Below the pieces are notes generated by a model. It did no database searches. It saw only the letters and a list, made by a program, of their open reading frames with translations, and was not told the DNA's origin. Shown here piece by piece: positions 51,896-64,000 of a stretch of 64,000 bases of DNA. The translations under genes and the position numbers were made by a program. Origin of the DNA: Heterodontus francisci (lineage: Eukaryota); assembly GCF_036365525.1 (NCBI RefSeq), contig NC_090380.1, positions 24,268,406-24,332,405 on the forward strand. The letters are read 5' to 3'. Position 1 is the stretch's first letter; every line of letters begins with the position of its first letter.

Positions 51896-53264
51896 ACATT
51901 ATTGTGGCCGCTCCCAAGTCCATTAACCCCCTTCAGGAACCACTACCACACCCCCTGTGAGGGGTCATAAACTGCAGCCAAGCACCCCCCCCCTCCCGCC
52001 CCCCCCCCCCCCCACCCCCGCACGGAACCATAGTGTCATAGTCATTTCAGGTCATTTGACCCATCGAGTCCATGTCATGTTAAAGGAGAAGAGCTTCAGA
52101 GACAAGTGTTCATCTCTTTGCAACCCAAACAAGATAGAGTCCCAATTGAAGATCCAAACAAATTGCATTCATATAGCATCTTTAATGCAGTAAAATATTC
52201 CGAGGTGCTTCACAGGAGCATTATCAGCCAAAATTTGACACTGAGAAAGGTGATGTTAGGTCCAAAAGCTTGCTCAAAGAGTTGGTTTTAGGGAGCAACT
52301 TAAAGGAGGAGAAAGAGGTGGAGAGGTAGAGGTTTAGGGAGAGAATTGCAGTGCTTAGGGCCGAGGTGACTGAAGACATGACAGCCAATGATGGGATAAA
52401 GAAAAACATGGATCAGGGTTTCAACAACAGATAAGCCAAGGCAGAAGCTGAGACGGGCAACATTATGAAGGTGGAAGTCAGTAAAATATCCTGAAGACTG
52501 TGATCAGCAGCGCCTCAGAATTGGAACCTGTTTGAACCTATTCCTCAAGATTGTAATTGTCAATATTCCTGATGCAGAATTTAAAGGCTTGCAGCAACTT
52601 AAAACCTCACTCCAATAATTGTTCAAACACCAGAGCACCTAAAAAATACCTACAAATTCTGTGGGAGGGCAGCCTTATATAGAATCACCCCAGTAAAAGT
52701 CTCACATAAACTCAAACGGGAGACTTCCCAGCTTCTCGCTCCCAGTGCCTACTATCTCACCTTTTACATTCTTTTCAAAGGAAAACGCAATCCATATCAA
52801 CAAAAAGAGAATAGCCCACTCAACCTTACAAGCGGAAGCTTTCCGATTCTGGGGAGGGAGGCCATACAGGGTCTTAAAGTGAAGTAGAATGGCAGATCCC
52901 AGCCTCAAGTTATCAATGATAGTCTCCTTTTCCTACTGTAACCACATTACGTCACCACAGTAGAACATGCCACTCCTTGTACTGAAAGTGAGCTGTGCTC
53001 ACCAAACTATGTAGCCTCTTCCCCAAACTTTATCTTGCAGTGTCGAAACAATTAGGACTGGGTTGCAGACAATGACCTCTTAGCGATGCTTTGATCTCGC
53101 TGATAACATTAGATCTGCTTCCCCACAGATCGGGAGTCACATGGAGTCAGTTCACAATAGTTTACATACCAGGAAAAGGAAATGCATGATGTTACTCCCC
53201 CTGGATGGCATATCTCAGTCCCAAGAGGGATCTATTTGAACACCACAACCAGCCAGGTCACATA

Positions 53265-54056
53265 CTCGGTTTAAAAGGCGTGAAACTTGTAAATGTTGAT
53301 GTTCAGAGAGACTTGGGTGTACTCGTACAAGGAACACAGGAAGTTTGTTTTTATTACACAAAATGTTAGCATGCAGGTACAGCAAGCAATTAGAAAAATA
53401 AAATGGAATGTTGGTCTTTATTACAAGAGGATTGGAATACAAGATTAAAGAAGTCTTGCTACAATTGTACAGGGCTTTGGTGAAACCACACCTCGAATAT
53501 TGTGTGCAATTTTAGTCTCCATATTTAAGGAAGGATATACTTGCATTGCAGGCAGTACAGCAAAAGCTCACTATGATAAATTAATTATCTTTATGGTTCC
53601 TGGGATGAGACGGTTGTCGTATGATGAGAGACTGAGTAAATTGGGCCTATATTCCCTGGAGTTTAGAAGAATGAGAGGTGATCTCATTGAAATATTCAAG
53701 ATTATGAAGGGGCTTAACAGGGTAGATGCTGAGATGTTGTTTCCCTTGGCTGGGGAATCTAGAACAAGGGGGCACAGTTTCAAGGTAAGGGGCCGATCAT
53801 TTTGGACTGAGATGAGGTGAAGTTTCTTCACTCAAAGGGTTGCGAATCTTAGGAGTTCTGTACCTCAAAGGGTTGTGGATGCTATCATTGAATATATTTA
53901 AGGCTGAGATAGACAGATTTTTGATCTTTCAGGGAATCAAGGGATATGGGGAGTGGGCAGGAAAGTGGAATTGAAGCCCAAGATCAGCCATGACCATATT
54001 GAATGGCGGAGCTGGCTCAATGGGCCTTATGGTCTACTCCTGCTCCTATTTCTTAA
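53265..54056 (+). mobile_element. CR1 3' fragment
   Basis: LSYDERLSKLGLYSLEFRRMRGDLIE..RTRGHSFKV; same subfamily as 20000-22130. Confidence 0.85.
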
Positions 54057-54857
54057 GTTCCTGCCACTCAGGTAGTAGCTAGGAGAAGCACAAGGATAGG
54101 TTCAGGTGCTCACACATTGGCACCAATGGGAAACAGGGTGGTGATATGAGTTTTTCATAGAATGGTTGCAGCATAGAAGGAGGGCATTCGGCCCATTGTG
54201 TCAGTGCTGGCTCTCTGAAAGAGCAACTCTGCTAGTCCCACTCCCCTTTATTAAAATTATGGTTGCTCTAAAGTCATTGTTTGTGCAAATGTAGTTTCAT
54301 GCAAACATTGAAACTAGCTTTCATCAGATGACACTAAAAGAAAGCTGTGTGAGTTGATGCTTGTTGATGGTGGCACATTTGTGGTTCTTCCTCCAACAAA
54401 AAGTGAACCAAACATTTTTTCATGAATAAATATATTGTTTCTATTTAAGAAAAACTTGCATTTACGGGGCATTTTCTAACACTTTCAGGATGTCCCAAAA
54501 CACTTCACTTTAAATGAATTATCTTAAGTGTTATCACTATGGTTATGCCAGCAAATACAGCAGACAATTTCACACAGTATGATCCCACAGACAGCAAACA
54601 AGATGAACAACCAGTTAATTTTCTTTTGTGGCATTCGGTAAAGGGGAATTCTCTGCTCTTCCATCAATAATACCCTTACATTCATCTGAGTAGGCAGGAC
54701 ATTGCCATAATGTTCCATCCAAAACACAGCACCCATAACAAAACAGCACTCCCTCAGCACCGCCCTGATGTGGCAGCTTGGGTTACAAGCCCACTGTCAT
54801 CAAAATTCAGAGGAAAGAGTGCTATCAGCGAAGCAAAACTGAGCAATTGAACTGACA

Positions 54858-55940
54858 TATGAAATAAAAATAGAAAGTGCTGGAAATACCCAGCAGGTTT
54901 AGCAGCATCTGTGGAGAGAGAAGTGGAGAGGATTAACGGGCTGGATTCCATGAACTCGGCGTCGAGATTGGCAGCGAGCTCAAGCAGGCTGCACGCCAAA
55001 GAGCCACCGCAATCTTAAGCTCTGGCTCATTTAAATAGCCGGGGCAGCCCGCACCACCCCCCCCCCCCACCCCCCCAATCACATGGAGGGGGTGGGCTGT
55101 CCGCCCCCAGCAATGGCATCAGCTGCCTGTGCACAGGCGTGGCGCCATTTTTACAGGGCAGTCAGCCCTGCCGGAATATTTAAATTTTTAAAGACATATC
55201 CCCCCAGAATTCCACAAATAAAGTTCCATTGCCCCTTTCCCACCCACCCCCCCCATAACAATTACACGATCTATTTGTCCTTCCCCCCCAAAACACTTAC
55301 CTTGAACATCTGACCTTCCCCTACCCCCCAACAAACTGCACAAAGTTTAAAGTACACCCCTTCCCACCATCCCCTACACCCATGATGTTTATTTGACCCA
55401 GTTTCCCGCACCCACCCACCCCCCCACACTAATAAACTTGCCTCCACCTCCCTCCCCATCAGTGTCGTGCCTTGTTTCCCCAGACGGGGATCTGAAAGTG
55501 CAGCAATGCCGGCCGCCACGCCAAAGATTGTTGTGGGCCCTCAAGATTGTGGGTGATTATATTTAAATCAATTAATTTTATTGATATAAATATTCAAATT
55601 GTTGTACCATTGCCCAGCAGCAGGGAGGCTGCCACGGAGCCTCGCCAGCACCGGGAGAATCGGGCCGGGCCCTGCCGGCGCATCGGGGTCCGTGGCGGGC
55701 CTCATCCGGAGCCATATTCAGGCCCCACCACCGCCGCCACAGATCACAACGTCGAGGGCTGCTTAAAATCCATCCCAACATTTCAGGTCTGTGACCTTTC
55801 ATCAGAAGTTCTGATGAAAGGTCACAGACCTGAAATATTAACTCTGCTTCTCTCTCCACAGATGCTGCCAGACCTGCTGAGTATTTATAGCACTTTCTGT
55901 TTTTATTTCAGATTTCCAGCATCTGCAGTATTTTGCTTTT
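54858..55940. mobile_element. Head-to-head Penelope-derived mini-element split by a MITE
   Basis: Left arm 54858-54937 resumes at 55777; palindromic centre gacctttcatcagaagttctgatgaaaggtc; 12-bp TSD attgaactgaca (54846-54857 and 55941-55952). Confidence 0.8.
54938..55776. mobile_element. Non-autonomous DNA transposon (PIF/Harbinger-like MITE)
   Basis: Termini gggctggatt and aatccatccc form an imperfect TIR; 3-bp TSD AAC (54935-54937 and 55777-55779); removing it rejoins the two parts of the host element. Confidence 0.7.
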
Positions 55941-56704
55941 ATTGAACTGACAAATGTGCAATCAAAGTTCTATGGAAATGCAGCCATAACATTAAACTCA
56001 TATTTGGTTCAAGATGCTGGTATTTGATTCTGTAGAATATATCTATATACAATTTCTGTCTTTGCCAATCTACTGTGACTAGCAGTATGCAGTTCAACTT
56101 GGGTAACTGACTTATCCAGGAATAATTACTGAAAGATATCCAGAAAGAACTAGTAACGTAGCACCTTTAAGTGAATAAGATTATCATTTTGCAATTTGAC
56201 AGATAGATTTGTGAGACCATCTCCACTGAGCCAAGTTTCCCTGGGCATTGTTTTTAATATTACAATATGATTCACTGTAGTTCACGTGACAGGATAGTGC
56301 ATCTTCCCGTTTCTCCTCACTGAAATATCAACTGAAATTTGATCAATGTCCCTGCTTAAATCATAACTCCTTTCATTAATTGCACTATGGCATGCCTGAA
56401 CTTGTTCAACAGGCTTACCCATTTCCTACAGAAATACATCACAAAAAATTCCAGGGCAGTTCTACTTGGACAAAAAAATTTGGATTAGCAAAGGAATACT
56501 TACTTTTAGTGTGGTGAAAATCTGAAAATTAATGGACGAAGGATCATTTTGAGAAGTTCTGCTCCAGTCATGGAGCCTCATCAGATTGGAGCATGAGTTG
56601 GAAATAGGGTGATAACATGAGGGGTGGCACAACCTAGCCCAGCTTACATCCATCAGACTCTGCACCAGTATCAGAGCTTTAAAAATCGTACATACAATAC
56701 CAAC

Positions 56705-58417
56705 TTGTATCAAACCGCTACCAAGTCTAAGAAAAGGAATGAAACCTGATGGACCACTCAGCATTGACTTAGGCACTGGAAATGACAATGGCACACCCAG
56801 CCCTGTCGACCCTGTAAGGTCCTCCTTACTAACATCAAGGGGCTTATGCCAAAATTGGGAGAGCTGGCCCACAGACTAGTCAAGCAACAAACAGCCTGAC
56901 ATAGTCATACTCATGGAATCATACCTTACAGACAATGTCCCAAACACCACCATTACCATCACTGAGTATGTCCTGTCCCACCGGCAGGACCGACCCACCA
57001 GAGGTGGCGGCACAGTGGTATACAGTCGGGAGGGAATTGCCTTGGGGTCCACAACATTGGCCCCGGACCCCATAAAGTTTCATGGCATCAGGTCAAACAT
57101 GGGCAAGGAAATCCCCTGCTGATTACCACCTACCGCCACCCCTCGGCTGGTGAATCAGTGCTTCTCCATGTTGAACACCAATTGGAAGAAGCACTGAGGG
57201 TAACTAGAGTGGGGGACTTCAATGTCCATCATCAAGAGTGGCTCGGTAGCACCACTATTGACCGAACTGGCCGAGTCCTAAAGGACATAGCTGCTAGACT
57301 GGGTCTATGACAGGTGGTGAGGGAACCAACAAGAGGGAAAACCCTACTTGACCTCTTCCTCACCAATCTACATGTTGCAGATACATCTGTCCATGACAGT
57401 ATTGGTAGGAGTGACCACCGAACAATCATTGTGGAGATGAAGTCCCGTCTTCACAATGAGGATACCCACCATTGTGTTGTGTGGCACTACCACTGTGATC
57501 TAGCAACTCAAAACTGGGCATCCGTGAGACGCTGTGGACCATCAGCAGCAGTAGAATTTTATTCAACCACAATCTTTGACCTCATGGCTCGGCATATCTC
57601 CCACTCTACCATTACCATCAAGCTGGGGGACCAACCCTGGTTCAATGAGGAGTGCAGGAGGGCATGCCAGGAGCAACACCCTGCATACCTAAAAATGAGG
57701 TGTCTGCCTGGTGAAATTACAACAAGGGGCTACTTGTATGCTAAACAGCGGAAGCAATATTGATGTTCAATGGCATTACCATCGCTGAATCCCCCACAAT
57801 CAACATCCTGGTTACCATTGACCAGAAACTGAACTGGACCCACCACATAAATACTGTGGCTACAGGAGCAGGTCAGAGGCTGGGAATTCTGTGGCGAGTA
57901 ACTCACCCCCTGACTCCCTAGTGCCTATTCACCATATACAAGGCACAAATCAGGAGTGTAATGGAGTACTCTCCACTTGCCTGAATGTGTGCGGCTCCAA
58001 CAACACTAAAGAAGCCCGACACGATCCAGGACAAAGCAGCCCGCTTGATTGGCACCCCATCTATCACCTTCAAAATTTACTCCCTTCACCACCGACGCAC
58101 AATTCACTGCAGTAACTTGCCAAGGCTCCTTTGACAGCACCTTCCAAACCCACGACCTCTACCACCTAGAAGGACAAGGGCAGCAGATACATGTGAACAA
58201 TACCACCTGCAAATTCCCCTCCAAATCATACACCATTCTGACTTGGAACTATATCACCGTTCCTTTACTGTCACTGGGTCAAAATCGTGGAACTCCCTTC
58301 CTAAAAGCACTGTGGGTATACCTACACCCCAAGGACTGCAGCAGTTCAAGAGCAATTAGGGATGGGCAATAATTGCTGGCTGTGCCAGCAACACCCACAT
58401 CCCATAAACGAATAAAA
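56705..58417 (+). mobile_element. CR1/L2-group LINE with endonuclease and 3' end, internally deleted
   Basis: ESYLTDNVP..RQDRPTRGGG, VREPTRGKTLLDL..GRSDH; joins directly to the RT C-terminus at about 57765; same family as 3389-5030. Confidence 0.8.
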
Positions 58418-58689
58418 CTTGCAATAGCAGCGGGCAGCAATAACGTCATCTAGAATGAGAAAAGGCTGTGCCAATGATGGTGTTGATCTTCAGTATATTG
58501 AGGACAATGATGAAAATTATTGTTTATAATGAGTTGCTCTCCCATGACTTTGCAGAAGGCTATATGTAGTCTTCAGGTGAAAAGTGAGGTTAGAGGACAG
58601 GGGGTAACCAGACCAGGGTGTACACAAACAGTTCAGATCCCATTTTCAAGCCATATTTTCATTATAAATCCAATGGACATGATTGTAAC

Positions 58690-61180
58690 AATTTGCATTT
58701 ATACAGTGCCTTTAATATAGAAAAACATCCCAAGACACTTCACAGGAGCATAAGCAAACAAAATTTGACATTGAGTCACATAAGGCAATATAAGGACAGC
58801 TTGGTTAATGAGTTAGGTTTTAAGGAGCGTTTTAAAGGATGAGAGAGGTAGGGAGGCAGAGAGGTTTAGGGAGAGAATTTCAGAACATTGGGCCCAGGCA
58901 GCTGGATGTACAGCCATCATTTATAATCAAGTATGTTCAAGAATTGGAAGAGCACAGATATCTTGCGGGATTGTAGATCTAGAGGAGGTTACAGAGATAG
59001 GGATGAGCAAAGACATGGAGGGATTTCAAAACAAGGATGTGATTTTTTAAATCAAGGTGTTGCCAAACTGGGAGCCAATGTAGGTCAACGAGCACAGGGA
59101 TGATGGTTGAATGCGACCTGATACTGTTGGTATATGGGAAGCAGAGTTTTGGATCATGTTTATGGAGGGTGGAAGCTGGGAGGTCATCCAGGAGAGCATT
59201 AGAATAGTCAAGTTTGGAAGTAACAAAGGCATGAATGAAGGTTTTGGCAGCAGATGAGCTGAGGGAGGGCGAGGGGACAATTGATGCTATGAAGGTGGAA
59301 GTAGGCGGACTTGGCAATGGAGCAGCTGTACGGTCAGAAGCTCAATTTGGGGTCAAGCAGGATGCCAGGGTTTAGCAAACAGTCTGGGTCAGCTTCAGAC
59401 AATTACCAGGGAGAGGGCTAGAGAATGCAGTTTGTAGCGGGGACTGAAGACAATGGCTTCGGTCTTCCCAATATTTAGTTGGGTGAAATTTCTGCTCATT
59501 GGATATCAGAAAAGCAGGATGACATATCAGAAACAATGGAGGGGTCAAAAGAGTTGGTGCTGAGTCACAGCTGGAAGTTGTCAGTGCACATGTGAAACCT
59601 GACATGTTTTCAATGATGTCCCCAAGGGCAGCATGGAGGTGAGAAATAGAAGGGGCTCAAGATAGATCCTTTGGATATCCAGAGGTAATAGTGTAGGAAC
59701 GGGAAGAAAAGCCATAGCAGGTGATTGTCTGGCTATGACTGGACAGATAAGAATGGAACCAGACAAGGCCAGTCCTACCCCGCTGGACAACCAGGAGAGG
59801 CGTTGGAAGAGAATAGTGTGGTCATCTGTGTCTAAGGCTGCAAACAGATTGAGAAGAATGAGGAGGAAGTGTTTACTGCAGTCACAGGACAGGAAACAAA
59901 GGGTAATGGTTGACAGATGTTTTTGCGAATGGAAGGTGGTTTACAGTGGCATTCCACAGGGCTCAGTGTTGAGTCCCTTGCTGTTTGTGGTATCTATTAA
60001 TGATTTGGACATAAATGTGGGAGGCATGATTGGGAAATTTGCAGATGACACAAAAATTGGCCGTGTAGTTGATAGTGAAGTGGATAGCTGTAGACTCCAG
60101 AATGATATCAATGGTCTGGTTGAGTGGGTGGAAAAGTGGCAAATGGAATTTAATCCAGAGAAGTGTGAGGTAATGCATTTGGGGAGGGCAAACAAAGCAA
60201 GGGAATATACAATAAACGTGAGGATATTGAGAGGAGTAGAGGAAGTGAAAGACCTTGGAATGCATGTCCACAGGTCCCTGAAGATGGCAGGACAGATAGA
60301 TAAAGTGGTGAAGAAGGCATATGGAATGCTTTCCTTTATTGGCCGAGGTAGAGAACACAAAAGCAGGTATGTAATGCTGGAACTGTATAAAACGCTGGTT
60401 AGGCCACAGCTGGTGTATTGCGTACAGTTCTGGTCACCACATTACAGGAAGGACAAAATTGCTTTGGAGAGAGTACAGAGGAGATTTACAAGAACGTTGC
60501 CAGGGCTTGAAAGTAGCAGCTATGAGGAAAGATTGGATAGGCTAGGGTTGTTTTCCTTAGAACAGAGGATGCTGAAGGGTGACTTAATAGAGCTTTACAA
60601 AATTATGAGGGGCCTAGATAGAGTAGACAGGAAGGACCTGTTTCCCCTAGCAGAGAGATCAATTACCAGAGGGTACAGATTTAAGGTGATTGGTAGAAGG
60701 ATTAGAGGGGACATGAGGAAAAACTTTTTCATCCAGAGGGTGGTGGGTGTCTGGAATTCGCTGACCGGATCGGTGTTGGAGGCAGAAACCCTCAACTCAT
60801 TTAAAAGGTACCTTGACATGCACCTGAAGTGTGGTAACCTGCAAGGCTATGGACCAGGTGTTGGAAGGTTGGATTAGATTGGGCGGCTAGTTTTTGTGCA
60901 GTAACCTTTCTGTGGTTCACAGTCGCATAGGATGTAATTTGTGACTTTTATAAGGGCCAGTTCTGTGTTGTGGCAGAGCAGAAATCTGATTGGACAGTTC
61001 AAACATGGAGTTGTGGGAAAGATTGTCAGTGGTTTGGGAAATGACAAGGCGTTCAAGGACTTTGGACAGGAAAGGTTTGGAGATGGGACCGTAAGGGCAG
61101 AGGCATCATAGGTGGGTTTTTGGAGAAGCAGTTGATGACAGCAGATTTGATGGGTAGAGGGACATAACGGGAAAGAGGGC
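58690..61180 (-). mobile_element. Decayed L2-like LINE split by a CR1 insertion
   Basis: AKTFIHAFVTSKLDYSNALL remnants at 58979-59317; the element resumes at about 60905. Confidence 0.7.
59886..60895 (+). mobile_element. Relatively intact 5'-truncated CR1 (RT C-terminal half with open frame)
   Basis: ORF 59735-60877: SGIPQGSVLSPLLF, KFADDTK, MEFNPEKC, LVRPQL.YCVQFWSP, ending in CR1 3' sequence. Confidence 0.9.
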
Positions 61181-61332
61181 AAGCTGCAAACTTGTCACAC
61201 TGATGGATAATTGGACCAAGTCGTGCAGACACAACTTAGCCCCTACATTTCTTATATTTGCCCGGGTAACAATTTTTCTTGGGCAGTATCCATTATAAAT
61301 TTGGACATAGGAATTTATAGTGGGAATACTGA

Positions 61333-61628
61333 CCGGAAGTGTATGCAGAGGTAAAGTAGGAATCATCTGAAAAAAAATAAAGGCTGGAGAGCAAGGAGCA
61401 ACTCAGGCAGCTTCTGTGGAGAGAGAAACAAGAGATTGTAATAGAATACATTTATAATAATGCAAACTGTGAATCACTCTATACAGTGCAGACTAAGTCA
61501 TTTTATTTGTAGCAGCAGACAGGGATATGTTGTCCTATTTGCAGTAGGAACTCGGTTTCATCTGGCCCTGGGCTGATGCAGGCACCGCGCATGCGCCGAC
61601 GGGCCAGGCAACCGCGGTAATGGCGGCC
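61333..61628 (+). promoter_or_regulatory. MED4 promoter: ETS CCGGAAGTG (61333-61341), NRF1 CGCGCATGCGC (61586-61596), YY1-like AATGGCGGC over the ATG
   Basis: Housekeeping-promoter motifs read directly; small CpG cluster around the ATG. Confidence 0.65.
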
Positions 61629-61690
61629 TCGGAGAGAAGCACGAAGGAGAAGCTGTTGGCCGTGCTGGATGATCTGGAAGTGCTGTGCAG
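61620..61690 (+). CDS. MED4: Mediator subunit 4, coding exon 1 (MAASERSTKEKLLAVLDDLEVLC-R); later exons outside the window
   Basis: Matches the MED4 N-terminus ST.E.LL..L.DLEVL.R; phase-2 donor AG|GTAAAA; divergent from ITM2B as in human 13q14. Confidence 0.9.
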
Positions 61691-62171
61691 GTAAAAGGCT
61701 ATTCCCCACCTCACTGAGGAGCGGATTTAGAGAGGAATCACTCACTGTCTTTTTTAAAAAAGGGTTTCCCACTCTTGACTCGAACATCCAGCGGCCTGTG
61801 AATAGCCGGAAAATCCAGCTGGGGAGTGCAAAGTGTCAGATATTTCTAACGTCCATTGGAAAATGCTAACGGTAAAGTGATTTGGGAGGGAGATGGTGGA
61901 CAAAGATGATGTAGAGCGGAAGGAGGAGTAGAACACGGAGGAGGGAACAACTGATGGGGACGTGAGGCTGAGGGAGGTCCCTGGGTGAGATGAGGGCAGG
62001 AATTTGGATATTGATTTGAAGGAGCATAGGAAGCTAGTTGAGCCTGGTGAGGACCAGGGTTATGGAAGTGCTAGGCTTCGAACAAGTAAGGACAGGCATC
62101 TGGAGTATCAAGCAATAGCTTTAGTGCCAAAGCATAAAATGGAAAGAGAAAGCTCTCCAGGGTACATCTGG

Positions 62172-62575
62172 GGTATGGTAGTGTAGTGTTGATTTTACTG
62201 GATTAGTAATGCAGAGGACTGGCATAATAATCCAGGGAACAATTTCAAATCCTATCATGGTAATTTAAGATTTGAAGTCATCTTAAATAAAATGTATCAA
62301 TAAAAATTACCATGAAACTGTCCAATTGTTGTAAAAATTCAACCAGTTTACTAATATCCTTCAGAGAAGGAAACCTGCTGTCCTTACCCATTCTGTGACT
62401 CCAGGCCCAGACAAATGCAGTTAACTCTTAACTGCCCTCTGAAGCAGGCTAGGAAGCCACTCAAATTGTATCAAACCACTTGATGATCAAGAAGGCCCAT
62501 TACCACCCCCTCAGCACAAGTAGGCACTATAAATGCTGTCCTTGCCAATGACACCCACATCCCAAGAATAATTTT
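62172..62575 (+). mobile_element. tRNA-derived SINE in MED4 intron 1
   Basis: Same family as 1907-2240, with tail gacacccacatcccaagaat. Confidence 0.7.
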
Positions 62576-64000
62576 TTTCTGTGAGGGTTCTCCTGACTTG
62601 CAACCATAACCTCCACCACTTCTCTGCTGAAGTTACTTTGGGAGTCCAGGCAAACCCTATTGAAATTTTACCCCTATTCTAAATAAAATATATACACACA
62701 ATATTCTGCAGTTTGCTTTTTCAATGATCTAACAGTAATGTGAAAAGCTGTTGCTTTTTAAAAGATACTGGTATTTTTCACACTGTGTGCAAACATCAAG
62801 GAACAATTGCATTTTTATTTAAGCCCTTCCTTTTTTTAACACCTTGAAGAAAAAATGCCTTTGAATCACTTGTCTAAAATGAGCCTTGGGCATTAGCTGA
62901 AACCGATGTAAATAGTCAAGACATACACATGGGTCCTTGTCACTCTTTGTAAGCACGTTGTCTTTGTCTGCTTAATACTATATTTAAAGAGCCATATTTT
63001 CTCAGATTTACTTACTATGTCTTTTTAAAGAGAGGAATGTTGCTAGCTTTGGGGAAAAAAAGCCTTTCTGTGATCTGCAGGTATTTTTTTAAAAAAGCAG
63101 TCTGGTTTGAATATGCATGCTATGCCAGGATGGTGTATGCTCCCCAGAATTGGACATTGTCTGTGATAAACATCTATCTCTGTGCAGCATGCAACTGTAG
63201 AAATGGAAGTGAGGCTGGAGGGTTGGGAATCCACAATTGCAATAGCTGAGCTGAACCAGTGGAGGTGTGGCAGTTAGGATGATACCAATCGACTGTAATA
63301 GAACATAGATAGGTTGGTAGAATAGGCAGACAGGTGGCAGATGGAATTTTATACAGAGAGGTGTGAGCATTTCACAGAGTGTGACATCAAGAATGCAAAA
63401 CTGAAGTCAATGGGAAAACTCTCCTCGGACTGGGAGCCATACCAAACAGAAAGGAAGATTGTTGTGGTTGTTGGAGACCAGTTATCTCAGCCCCAGTGCA
63501 TCGCTGCAGAAGGCCCAACCATCTTCAGCTGCTTTTTCAATGAGAATCCCTCCAACATAATGTCAGAATGTTTGCTAATGATTGCACAGTGTTCAGTGCC
63601 ATTTGAGGCTCCTCAGATACTAAAGTAGTCAGTGCTCACATGCAGCAAGACTTGGACAGCATTCAAGCTTGGGCTAATAAGTGACAAGTAACATTTGTGC
63701 CAACAAGAGAGAATCTAACCACTTCTCCTTGACATTCATTAAATATATAAAACAAGATTAGATAGAGATGGCAGTGTCAGAGGTAGGTTGTAACTGTGGC
63801 ATGTAGGAGTTTGTGGAGAGCAGCGTGATCCTAGGCAAACGCATCTGCAGTAAGTATCTGCAACTCAAGGATCTTTGGTTCAGAGTTGTTGAAGTGAGGT
63901 GCAGACATTGCAATGCCTCAGGGAGGGAGGGAGAGAGTCTTGACCGGGAGGGAGAGAGTCTTGACCAGGAGGCAGTCACCCTTTTAGTTTCGGTTGTGGT

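Noticed and set aside
59735-60877. 380-aa ORF as a host gene
   Set aside because: It is CR1 reverse transcriptase; the first 50 or so codons are chance read-through from antisense L2 sequence.
63020-63090. Candidate MED4 exon 2 after ctttttaaag
   Set aside because: The frame required by the phase-2 junction reaches TAG within five codons and shows no ELIEML-like similarity.

Overview
Vertebrate genomic DNA, most likely a cartilaginous fish (shark), judged from its repeats: HE1-type V-SINE, SacSINE1/DeuSINE-like SINEs, CR1, L2, RTE and Penelope elements. The window holds the conserved RB1-ITM2B-MED4 block: RB1 coding exon 1 with its CpG-island promoter (minus strand, about 8.9 kb), the complete six-exon ITM2B/BRI2 gene (minus, 24883-48789, 258 aa, with an apparent GC-AG intron 3), and MED4 coding exon 1 (plus, 61620). 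Most of the rest is decayed and nested retroelements. The most unusual structure is an old semi-processed ITM2B retrocopy at 10804-15617. It has a spliced exon1/exon2 junction, retains the start of intron 2, ends at the 3' tail of a CR1 lying in that intron, and is flanked by a candidate CACCAT target-site duplication. This points to CR1-primed 5' transduction of a partly spliced host pre-mRNA. Also present are short Penelope-derived insertions carrying minimal hammerhead ribozyme motifs (12-13 bp TSDs, some as head-to-head dimers), a young RTE insertion with a perfect 52-bp TSD, and a roughly 370-bp GC-box minisatellite in the ITM2B promoter. All analysis was by eye; repeat boundaries are approximate.
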